A DNA stretch of 64,000 nt, from positions 352,001 to 416,000 of the forward strand of contig CAWDVE010000010.1 of assembly GCA_963805625.1 (NCBI GenBank). Reading direction: 5' to 3'. The stretch is from an uncultured Candidatus Rokubacteria bacterium (GTDB lineage Bacteria > Methylomirabilota > Methylomirabilia > Rokubacteriales > DASRDR01). Below the pieces are notes generated by a model. The model searched no databases, had not been told where the DNA came from, and saw only the letters and a program-made list of their open reading frames with translations. Shown here piece by piece: positions 1 to 8,746 of the stretch (the stretch's first letter is position 1; each line of letters starts with the position of its first letter). The position numbers were made by a program, and so were the translations under genes.

Positions 1-1681
1 AGGACCTCGAGGACGCGCCGGAGCGCGAGGTCGAGGCCGCCGAAGAGGAGATCCTCGATCAGGCCACGGCGGCGGCGACGCTCGCGGAGCTCAAGATCGA
101 GATCGCCACGCTTCAGCACCTCGAAGGGCTGGCCGCCGAGGTTCGCCGAAGCGGCCAGGACACCAAGTGGCGCGAGCTCGCGCACCTGCTCGGCGAGATC
201 TTCACCCCGGGCGGCCTGGGCGGGCAGATCGGTGAGGCCACGGTGCCCTACGGCGCGGGACCGATCCCCAGGCCCGCTCCCTCGCCGTGGCAGAAGCTCG
301 TCGTCTTCACCGAGCACAAAGACACCCTGGCCTACCTCGAGCGCCAGATCGGATCGCTCCTCGGCCGCCCGGACGCGCTCGTCGTGATCCACGGCAGCAT
401 TGGCCGTGAGGATCGGCGCAAGGCGCAGGAGACCTTCCTGCATGACCCGGAGGTCCGGGTGCTCGTCGCCACCGACGCCGCCGGCGAGGGGATCAACCTC
501 CAGCGGGCGCACCTCATGGTGAACTACGACCTGCCGTGGAACCCGAACCGCCTCGAGCAGCGATTCGGCCGCATCCACCGTATCGGCCAGACCGAGGTCT
601 GCCACCTGTGGAACCTTGTCGCCGAGGAAACCCGGGAGGGTGACGTCTACCGGCGGCTCCTGGAGAAGCTCGAGGAGGCGCGCCAGGCGCTCGGCGGGCA
701 GGTGTTCGACGTCCTCGGCAAGCTCCAGTTCGAGGGCAAGCCACTGCGCGAGCTCCTGATCGAGGCCATCCGCTACGGCGACCAGCCCGAGGTGCGGGCG
801 CGCCTCACGCGTGCCATCGAGCATGGCGTGGACCGCCCACACCTGGTGACCCTGATCGAGGAGCGCGCGCTGGCCCACGGACGCGATGGACTCGAGCCGC
901 GTGGCCCGCGTGCGCGAGGAGATGGAGCGCGCCGAGGCGCGGCGCCTCCAGCCGCACTACATCGAGTCGTTCTTCCTCGAGGCCTTCAAGCGCCTGGGGG
1001 AAGCGCCCGCCAGCGCGAGCCGCGCCGCTACGAGGTCAGCCATGTCCCGGCGCCGGTGCGCAGCCGTGACCGCCAGATCGGGGCGGGCGACCCGGTGCTC
1101 GCGGCTACGAGCGCATCGCCTTCGAGAAGGAGCTAATCGCCCCACCGGGTCAGCCGCTCGCCGCCTTCGTCTGCCCCGGCCACCCGCTCCTGGATGCCGT
1201 GCTCGACCTCACGCTCGAGCGGCACCGCGACCTCCTGAAGCGCGGGACGGTACTCGTGGACACGCGCGACCCTGGCACGAGCCCGCGCATGCTGTTCACG
1301 ATCGAGCACGCCATCCAGGACGCGAGCGTGCTCCCCTCCGGCGACCGACGCGCCATCTCGCGGCGGCTCCTCTACGTCGAGATGGACGCCGCGGGGAAGG
1401 CCCGCCACCCCCACTATGCCCCCTACCTCGACTACCGGCCGCTCGAGGATGGCGAGCCTTCCGTAGCCGACGTCCTAGCCCGTCCCGAGTGCGCCTGGAT
1501 CACCCGCGACCTGGAGCGGATGGCCCTCGGCCACGCCATCCAGACGGTGGTCCCCGAGCACATGGCCGAGGTGAAGGGTCGGCGGCTCCAGTGGATCGGG
1601 AAGACCCGGGTGGCCGTCAAGGACCGCTTGACCAAGGAGATCGCATCCTGGTCCTCGCGAGACGCGGCCAGGACGACCTAG
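1..1681 (+). pseudogene. SNF2-family helicase, C-terminal part (type usually ending in DUF3883 and linked to DUF1156/DUF499 restriction-like systems); frameshifted and 3'-truncated
   Basis: Open frame from window start. Helicase C motifs KLVVFTEH, ATDAAGEGINLQ, NYDLPWNPNRLEQRFGRIHRIGQ. Coding frame hops at about 880, 1000 and 1100 (ORFs 243-1136, 886-, 1199-1681). Family-like sequence stops abruptly after RLTKEIASW. Confidence 0.85.
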
Positions 1682-1692
1682 CCGCGCTCTTC

Positions 1693-1714
1693 GCTGTAGT
1701 CACGGCTGTAGTCA
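1693..1714. repeat. Tandem direct repeat GCTGTAGTCA x2, 12-bp period (integrase arm-site-like)
   Basis: Copies at 1693-1702 and 1705-1714, about 135 bp upstream of the tRNA fragment. Confidence 0.6.
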
Positions 1715-1847
1715 ATGGCCGCGTCAAAGGGCCACTATTCGGCTTCTACCTGGCCACCATTCGGCCGCCGCATGAGGCCAGAATATCCCAACAATCGCGT
1801 GGCCTAAGCCACCATGGCGCCGCGTGTTCGCGCGCATAAACCAAATT

Positions 1848-1892
1848 TTCCTAAACCCTGGGCCGGGTGTTCGATTCACCCCGGGGGCACCA
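1848..1892 (+). tRNA. 3' half of tRNA-Arg(CCT); not a full tRNA, probable att-site duplication
   Basis: TTCCTAA anticodon loop, ACCCT stem, GGGCC variable loop, T-arm GGGTG-TTCGATT-CACCC, acceptor strand CGGGGGC-A-CCA. No D-arm or 5' acceptor strand upstream. Confidence 0.85.
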
Positions 1893-1937
1893 TTTTTCCG
1901 ATACTTAGCGACGGTCCCGCCGAGGACCCCGCATGCC

Positions 1938-1959
1938 GGCGCCACTTCTGGTGCCACTT
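1938..1959. repeat. Tandem direct repeat GGYGCCACTT x2, 12-bp period (integrase arm-site-like)
   Basis: Copies at 1938-1947 and 1950-1959, just downstream of the tRNA CCA end. Confidence 0.55.
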
Positions 1960-2094
1960 GCTCCAGGTCCCACCCTAGGCGCGCGTGGTTCGGCCCTCTC
2001 AGGCCTTGAGCAATGCGTCCTTGCCGTCGCCGCGGGCGATACCTTCGACCAAGCGGGCCTTCCGGCCTTCAATTAGTTAGTCACAGCTCCCGCT

Positions 2095-2451
2095 CTATCG
2101 TCGTTCGCTGGTCGAGTTGGCGCTCATGCCCCGCACGAAGTCGAGCCAGTGCCTCATCCGCGGCGGCTTCAAGCGCTCGTGCATCCAGGACGTTGCAGAT
2201 GGACTGCACAAGCGCCTCGTCGAGCGCGTCCTGGGGTATCTGAAAGGCGTTGTTGCAGATGGTCGTACCACCGCTCGGCGGCGGTCCGCACGGCGCCGCT
2301 CCACGGACGCCGCACGGTCGGGACGACGCCGATCGCCGATCCGGCGATCCCAGATGAGCTCCACGTCGCGGCGGAACCGGGAGGCTACCGTCCCCTGGAC
2401 GAGCTGGGAGGTCCGGCCGGCGGCGCGGCTCACGACAACGAGGATCGCCAT
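2095..2451 (-). CDS. Small Arg-rich protein with repeated (D/E)RR motifs; C-terminus uncertain
   Basis: MAILVVVSR...VELIWDRRIGDRRRPDRAASVERRRADRRR. Confidence 0.45.
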   Translation of the reverse strand: MAILVVVSRAAGRTSQLVQGTVASRFRRDVELIWDRRIGDRRRPDRAASVERRRADRRRAVVRPSATTPFRYPRTRSTRRLCSPSATSWMHERLKPPRMRHWLDFVRGMSANSTSERR

Positions 2452-2500
2452 CGTATCGACCCCGACCCTAACAGAGAGCCGACCCCTGGCGGCAGACGGG

Positions 2501-2521
2501 CTCCTACGCCGCTGAAGTCGC
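2501..2521. repeat. 21-bp direct repeat copy 1 (CTCCTACGCCGCTGAAGTCGC)
   Basis: Exact second copy at 5306-5326. Confidence 0.9.
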
Positions 2522-2581
2522 TGTGACTGTGGGGAGCCCAGACCGTTTTCGCGCCGCCTCGCAGCTCAGCGTGCAGCGATT

Positions 2582-2610
2582 TTGACTCCCGCCGGATCCA
2601 GCCGGACAAT
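2582..2610 (+). promoter_or_regulatory. Sigma70-type promoter for the 2662 gene
   Basis: TTGACT-N17-GACAAT, then a GGAGG RBS before ATG 2662. Confidence 0.55.
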
Positions 2611-2661
2611 CGGAATGGTCAGCGCAGTGGATCAGCCGAATCCACCGAGCCGGAGGTTCCT

Positions 2662-3168
2662 ATGGCCGACATCGAGGGAGAGCGACCCCGCGCGACCGTG
2701 GGCAGCGACGCGGGCGACGTGACGGCGCAAGAGGTGACGATCCGGCAGGGCGGGGCCCGCTCCATCGCCGCCCGGGAGGTGACCATTCGGCAGGGCGGGG
2801 CCGGCCGAGTCGACGCGCAGAAGGTCGAGGTCACGCAGGGCGGCGTGGTCCTGGCCTCGACGAAGGAGCTGGAGGTCACCGCCGGCGGGATCGTGGCCGC
2901 GATCGCCGATACCGCCACCCTGGAGCAGAGCTGGGCCCAGGTGGTGGTCGGCCGGGAGTCGGTGACCCTGGACCAGGCGGCCGGTGGCCTCGTCGCATCG
3001 AAGACCGTCCACGCCCGCGACAGCGCCATCGGCCTCGTCCTCGCGCGCGACTTTCAGGGTGAGGGGGTCCGTGTGCTCATGGGCCCGCGGGCCGCGCTCG
3101 CCTTTGGCGCTGGCCTGGGCCTCGCCCTCGCGCTTGTCGCCGTCGCGCGCCGCCCGCGCCGGGACTGA
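2662..3168 (+). CDS. Hypothetical protein with about 15-residue repeats (putative beta-solenoid) and a C-terminal membrane anchor
   Basis: GGAGG RBS. Repeats VTIRQGGARSIAARE/VTIRQGGAGRVDAQK/VEVTQGGVVLASTKE/LEVTAGGIVAAIADT. Hydrophobic tail followed by RRPRRD. Confidence 0.8.
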   Translation: MADIEGERPRATVGSDAGDVTAQEVTIRQGGARSIAAREVTIRQGGAGRVDAQKVEVTQGGVVLASTKELEVTAGGIVAAIADTATLEQSWAQVVVGRESVTLDQAAGGLVASKTVHARDSAIGLVLARDFQGEGVRVLMGPRAALAFGAGLGLALALVAVARRPRRD

Positions 3169-3681
3169 CCCCCGCGGTTTCGATGGGTGTCCCACGCCCA
3201 GCCGAGGCTCGCCGTCAAGGAGACGCAGGCCAACGGTGGGTGCAGCGGCTGGGCCTCGCGGTCGGCGCGCTATGCGCACTGGCGCTGCTGGGTGCGGGAC
3301 CGTGAAGCACCGTCTGGCCGAAAGAGCTCGCCCGGCTCGGCGCGAAGCGCCCGGCAGAGCTGCGCCAGCGTCCGGAGGGTCAACGCAGGGGTTTCCGGTG
3401 CCCGGCGGAGTACCGGGCGACCTTAGAACTCGTGCTCCCATCTGTCTAGCGAACTGGGGAGCAGATCACGACGTCAGGCGGTCGCCTGGGCGACAGGCGG
3501 CCGCCGGCGGGCCTGCGTTCCGCGAGGCTGCCAGCCCTAAACGCCCGTCGTGAGACCAGGGGCAGTCAGGGCGCGTTTCGGCCGATCGCGCTCGGCACCG
3601 GATTGTCGGCGCGATCCGCCAGGCCCTTCCCGAGGTCTGCCCCCACCGACGATCCCGCGCGCGCGACGTATCATCACATGC

Positions 3682-4314
3682 ATGGGCGCGGCCATCCGTC
3701 TCGAGCGCGAGATGCCCGTCGCCGGCCAGGCCGGCTGCGCTACCGTGATCGGGATCGTCCTCGCCGTCGCTGGAATCGCGATCGTCCTCGCCATGCGGAG
3801 CCAGGGGTCCCGCGGCGGGGAAAACGAATGGGTCGTGTACGCCGTCGGCGGCGGCTTCGGGCTGATCGGGCTGCTGACGGCGGTGCTCGGGATCAAGATG
3901 TTCCTGATGATGCGACTACCCGAGACGATCGTGGAGGTCGACCGGATGCCCGTTCACGTCGACGAGCCGTTCCAGCTGACGGTTCGCCAGCCGGGCCCGA
4001 TCCGACTCTCGTCGCTCCGCGTGAACCTGGTGTGCGAGCAAACGACGACGCGCCAGGTGCGGCGGGCGGGAGGGACGAGAACGGACCGGGATCAACGGCT
4101 CATCCACCAGGCCAACGTCCTGGACCTGAGAGACGCCGCCGCCGGCCGGGGCAAGGAGGTCGTCGGGCACGCCACGGTCACCGTGCCGGCCGACGTGCAG
4201 CTCGCTGACATCGAGGGGCACACGGTGGTCGTCTGGCGCCTCGAGGTTTGGGGACGCGTGCGCGGATGGGCCAACTTCGGGCACCCATTTGTCATTCAGG
4301 TCCTGGACAGCTGA
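3682..4314 (+). CDS. Hypothetical membrane protein, two N-terminal TM helices plus a beta-rich soluble domain
   Basis: Two hydrophobic segments, GC-rich third positions. TATCAT -10-like box shortly before ATG 3682 (possibly leaderless). Confidence 0.7.
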   Translation: MGAAIRLEREMPVAGQAGCATVIGIVLAVAGIAIVLAMRSQGSRGGENEWVVYAVGGGFGLIGLLTAVLGIKMFLMMRLPETIVEVDRMPVHVDEPFQLTVRQPGPIRLSSLRVNLVCEQTTTRQVRRAGGTRTDRDQRLIHQANVLDLRDAAAGRGKEVVGHATVTVPADVQLADIEGHTVVVWRLEVWGRVRGWANFGHPFVIQVLDS

Positions 4315-4489
4315 CGCACTTCGCCTCGATCGTGCGGAGCGCAATGCTCAAGGGCAGCGGCCTGGCAGCCCGCGCTGCCCGGCTCGCAGCGCGACGAGCT
4401 CGGCCTGGGTCCGCCGGGTCGGACCGTCGCGGAGATCAGCTCAACTGCTTGCGGAACCGCCAGACGCTGGGAGCGAGGCGAGCACCACC

Positions 4490-5186
4490 GTGAAGATCGA
4501 CAGGGCGAGCAGAGCGGGGCGAGTGGCTTCGCGCTCGCTCTCACCCCGAGCGCGTATGGCACGGCCCTCTACACCGCCTCCATTGAGGCAGACATCGGCT
4601 TCTCCGGTCAGTTCGGCGACGTCGAACTGCTTAATTTTCAGTTCGCCCTTGTCACCGCCCCCAGCGACTTTACTCCCAATCCCGGGGCGTTTGCGTCTTC
4701 GGCGGCTAGCGTCGATCTTTCCGCTCTCACCGTGTCCGCAGGGGCTTTCGGCAACACCGATGGGCCGCCGTCGGAGGCGACATCGTTCGCCTCGAGCACG
4801 ATTGCGTTCGACGTGCACAATCCCACCGAGGAGGAGATCTCGGTGGGCTCACGCTGGCACAATCGCATGCCTTCCTGGGCGCTGTGGATGATCCGGCGTC
4901 GGAGGTTGCCGGCATCTTGATGACCCTCTTGTTCACGGTCGGCGGCCAGGCGCCCTTCCAGACCACCATCAATCAGGAGACGCCGCCGAACTTTGACACC
5001 TTCTTCCCTTCCTCGTTCTCCTCCCCCACCTTTCAGATCGGCCCGGACGGAACGGTGCCCGTCAGTTTGCAAGTGACCGCCTTCGGCCTTGTCCAGGCCG
5101 TTCCTGAACCCGCTTCGCTCGTGCTGATTAGCGCCGGCGTCGCTGGGCTCGTAGCGCTCCGCTGGAGACCACAGCTCCGCCCGTAG
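4490..5186 (+). pseudogene. PEP-CTERM sorting-domain surface protein, frameshifted
   Basis: C-terminus VPEPASLVLISAGVAGLVALRWR. Upstream frame reads GFALALTPSAYG|TALYTASIEADIGFSGQFGDV... with shifts near 4520 and 4880. Confidence 0.75.
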
Positions 5187-5305
5187 TCACCCGAGCCTCG
5201 CGGGGTTCTTCGGTTGTTCCGGAGGCCAGAGCGGTGTCGGTTCCACTGGGACCCGTCTAGGGACCGTTCCGACCCTACCGGACCCGGTCCCGAGCGCCAG
5301 CCGGT

Positions 5306-5326
5306 CTCCTACGCCGCTGAAGTCGC
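5306..5326. repeat. 21-bp direct repeat copy 2
   Basis: Identical to 2501-2521; preceded by GGGACC x2 at 12-bp period (5248, 5260). Confidence 0.9.
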
Positions 5327-5619
5327 GCTGTGCGCCGTGCCGGGGCCCTTCTGGCGGACGGCCTCTCACTCTCGGTAGAAGGGAACCCGCCTCGCCTGGC
5401 TCGCAGTGCGGATCGCCCGGTCGGCCGCGTGAACGCACAGCTGGCCCGTGCGTCCGCGCGGTCGCCGGGCCTGGGCTACTGGCTCGGGAAGACCCCGAGT
5501 GGCGACACGTCGAAGGGAACGTAGCCGGAGGCGATCTCCACCGGGCTCTCGTCGTCCTCCGAAGGCGCCATGGCCTTGGCGAACCCGCCTCCGCCGGGGC
5601 CGGGCGTGAAGAGGAACCT

Positions 5620-6426
5620 TTGAAGTTTATCGAGCACCGGATTGCGGACCGGCGCGTCGTGCGGCTGATCCAGAAGTGGCTGAACGCTGGCGTGCTGGAG
5701 GACGGGGCGTGGACGAGGAGTGAAACGGGCACGCCCCAGGGGGGCAGCATTTCGCCACTCCTGGCCAACGTGTACCTGCACTACGCGTTCGACCTCTGGG
5801 CTCAGCGGTGGCGGAAGACGCAGGCCCACGGCGACATGATCGTCGTGCGGTACGCGGACGACTTCATCGTGGGGTTTCAGCACCAGGCGGAGGCCGAGCG
5901 GTTCCTGGCCGAGCTGCGCGAGCGATTCACGAAGTTCGGCCTGGAGCTGCATCCCGAGAAGACCCGACTGCTGGAGTTCGGCCCGTCTGCGGCCGAGCGC
6001 CGGCGGCGGGCCGGCAAGGGAAAGCCGGAGACGTTCGACTTCCTCGGCTTCACGCACATCTGCGGGAAGAAGCGGAGTGGACGGTTCACGGTGGTGAGGC
6101 AGACGATCCGGAAGAGGGTGCAGGCAAAGCTGCGCGAGGTGAAAGCCGAGCTCCGGCGACGCCTGCACGACCCGATCCCAGTGGTGGGTGCATGGCTGCG
6201 TCAGGTTGTGAGTGGGCACATCCGCTACTACGGGGTGCCCATGAACAGCCCGGCGATAGGCATGTTTCGGTTCCGGGTCGGCTGGCTCTGGCACCGCGCG
6301 CTGGCGCGGCGCAGTCACACAGGGCATGTCTCCTGGGAGCGGATGCGCCGGCTCGTCGAGCGGTGGCTGCCCCCCGCGCGCATTTGTCACCCCTATCCCC
6401 TGAGGCGACTTGGCGTTGTCACCTGA
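5620..6426 (+). pseudogene. ltrA: Group II intron reverse transcriptase/maturase, N-terminally truncated, no endonuclease domain
   Basis: GTPQGGSISPLLANVYLH, RYADDFIVGF, LHPEKTRL, FDFLGFTH, X domain ending ICHPYP. Confidence 0.9.
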
Positions 6427-6504
6427 GGCAAGAGCCGGATGCGGTAATGCCGCTCGTCCGGATCCGTGGAGGGGGTTACGAGCAATCGTCATCTCTACTC
6501 CGAC
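5620..6504 (+). mobile_element. 5'-truncated group II intron: RT/maturase remnant plus domains V and VI
   Basis: DV GAGCCGGATGCGGTAATGCCGCTCGTCCGGATCCGTGGAGGGGG from 6432 with AGC triad. DVI ends ...CTACTCCGAC at 6504. No 5' ribozyme part. Confidence 0.9.
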
Positions 6505-6607
6505 TTTCTCGGTCTTCACCGGGCGAGGATAACGAGGAGCACGAGCGGTGACTACCGCGCTCCGGCCCCGAGCGCCAGATGGACCCTTACAGCTGTCTGC
6601 CGTTGTT

Positions 6608-6630
6608 GCATGTAGGTATTTCCTACATGC
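6608..6630. promoter_or_regulatory. Perfect palindrome GCATGTAGG-N5-CCTACATGC, candidate transcription-factor operator
   Basis: 9-bp arms, relatively AT-rich in a GC-rich background, non-coding context. Confidence 0.4.
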
Positions 6631-7296
6631 TGTCGCCTTCCTACCAGGGCCCACCCACCTTACCTGGACCCGACCCATCGATCCGGCTGACCTCGGTCCG
6701 TTTCCCCTGGCATTGCCTATGCCCCTAAACATGCCCGAGGGGGTGGGAAATGTGGACACGACTTATGACACCGAACGAGCGACGAGGACGCGGCCGCCCG
6801 AGCCGCCTGACAGCCTGACCCCGCTGTCCGAATTGACCCAGCCCATCGATCCCGACGCGGCGGACCGACGGCGCTATATGACGACGGATGAGGCGCGAAT
6901 ACCCGCTTCTCCGCATCTTCGGTCAGTGCGGGGTGGAGCACACGCCCGACCGATACCGAGACCGGCGCGGAGTTTCCGACATGCCAGAACTAGACGGCTG
7001 ACAGGGTTCCTGACGGCTCCGCGGCATTATGGGACCCGTCGGGCAGGGCGGCGAGTCGACGCCGGGGCGACACGCGGGAGGCCCGACCCGTTTAAGCCCC
7101 GGCTAAACCCGCTCAGCGGGAGGGTGTAGAAGCGGCCCGAGACGGCCCCGCCGGGGAAGCGCGTCTCCCGCCCCGCCGGGATGCCGAAGCGTTCGAGCTT
7201 CCGCCACGTCACCGGTGAGGCGGACCAGACGGACACCGACCCGTCCGCCCCGGTCCCACCGGATGACGGTCTCCTGCTCGGCGCGGGTCGGATGGT

Positions 7297-7512
7297 ATGA
7301 ACCTGCGCATGGAGCGCGAAGCGGTCACCGAAGCGGACATCGCCCGCGTCCGGCAGATCGTTCTCGACGATCTGCGGAAGGCCGAATGCACCCTCGCGGA
7401 CGCGTCGGCGGCGGTGCCGGACCCCGAACGCGCGGCGCATCTACGCGTACGCGCGGTCCGTGCGGCGATCACCAAGCTGGAAACGGCCGTCGTGCTGCCG
7501 CCGGAGCCCTGA
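7297..7512 (+). CDS. Small helical hypothetical protein (71 aa)
   Basis: Protein-like composition MNLRMEREAVTEADIARVRQIVLDDL...; GC-rich third positions. Confidence 0.5.
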   Translation: MNLRMEREAVTEADIARVRQIVLDDLRKAECTLADASAAVPDPERAAHLRVRAVRAAITKLETAVVLPPEP

Positions 7513-7689
7513 GCAGCCGGCTCATCCGAACCGCTCCGCGCTGCCCCGGATCTCACGCGAGCCAGTATCTCCCGGACGCCCTGCCGCCCTGCCGCCCGAC
7601 GGGTTCGACGGGGTCCGCGACGGATTCTAGACTTCGGGCCCTCGACACACGCTCGGGGTACCCGATGATGACAGCCTCCCATCCTGGGA

Positions 7690-8182
7690 CGCTCCGTGCC
7701 AGTCGCCCCCGGGTCACCAGACCGCGCAGCAGGAATGCCATCACCATCGGGACGGCGGCCGCGACGAGGCCGGCGGCGTTCAGGATCCCCCAATCCGGCT
7801 CGCGCCAAGATGGTCATGCTGCGCGCACCGAAAGCGGGTATGCTCGCTCGCTGTTCGTCATGATGAGACCCACGATGAAATCTGACCATGCGGAGATGAA
7901 GACGAACGCCCCGGCTGCGAAGCAAGCATTCCAGGATAGTGGCATCACGATGCGCATGAAGACGGCAAACGGAGTGGCACCGTCCATCCTGGCGGCCTCT
8001 TCTAGATCGCGGAGGAATCCGCGAAAGCACCCCTCGAGTATCCAGATGGCGAAGGGGAGGAGCAATCCGGAGTGGACCAGAACGAGCCCCAGGAGGTGGT
8101 CGATAAGACCGGCCGACAGCAGGATGAGATCGATCGGGATGAGCAATGAGATGAGAGGAAGCATGCGCGAGGCGAGTAACAT
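7690..8182 (-). pseudogene. Carbohydrate ABC transporter permease (MalG-like), C-terminal fragment
   Basis: EAA loop DLEEAARMDGATPFAVFMRIVMPL, FISAWSDF. N-terminus missing; frame change near 7810. Confidence 0.8.
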
Positions 8183-8590
8183 TCATCTCCATGATCCGGG
8201 CGAGCTGGGGGCGTTCCAGATCGAGCTGATCGCCGAGCGTACCAAGGCGCTCGGCCTCCAGGGGCGGGTCGCGATCAGCCATGCCTTCTGTCTCGGGATG
8301 CTCGACGGTGATCGCTTCGCGACACTGGTCACGTGCCCGGTGGACAATCACATCGCGATCATGACCCATGCGCCTGGGGCTCGCGCCTTCCCACCGATTC
8401 GCCCGCTCCGTGCGGCGGGCGTCACGCTGTTCTCTGGATCGGACGGCGTCCGCGATGCGTGGACTCCGTACGGCAACGCCGACATGCTAGAGGGGGCCAT
8501 GCTGCTCGGCTATCGGAGCGCCTTCCGGCGAGACGAGGAGATTCTGCTGGCCCTGGAGATGGTGACCGCGGGTGGGGCCGCGGTCATGCG
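8180..8590 (+). pseudogene. Amidohydrolase (cytosine deaminase-like) internal fragment
   Basis: IHLHDPGELG, VAISHAFCLG, GSDGVRDAWTPYGNADMLE; both ends missing. Confidence 0.8.
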
Positions 8591-8746
8591 CCGATCTCCG
8601 GCGGGCAGATGCTGGCCGGCCTCATCCCCGGCCGGACGCTCGACGCCCGCGGAGACGGTCTCCCGTCGAGGAGGCGCGGGAACCCGGCGGCCTCGTCCGT
8701 CGTTTCACCGGACAGGATACCCGGTGTTCCGGTGACCCCTTTGTTT

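Noticed and set aside
1820-1892. Complete tRNA-Arg gene
   Set aside because: Upstream sequence cannot form the D-arm, the 5' anticodon stem or the 5' acceptor strand.
3170-3560. Integron attC site or riboswitch in the hairpin-rich gap
   Set aside because: Several GC hairpins, but no convincing RYYYAAC...GTTRRRY pair, no integrase and no riboswitch consensus recognised.
5620-6426. Retron, DGR or defence RT
   Set aside because: Group II motifs with DV/DVI directly downstream; no template/variable repeat pair or msr-msd seen.
7215-8735. 506 aa ORF as a real gene
   Set aside because: Chimeric open frame: antisense of the permease fragment joined to the amidohydrolase fragment.
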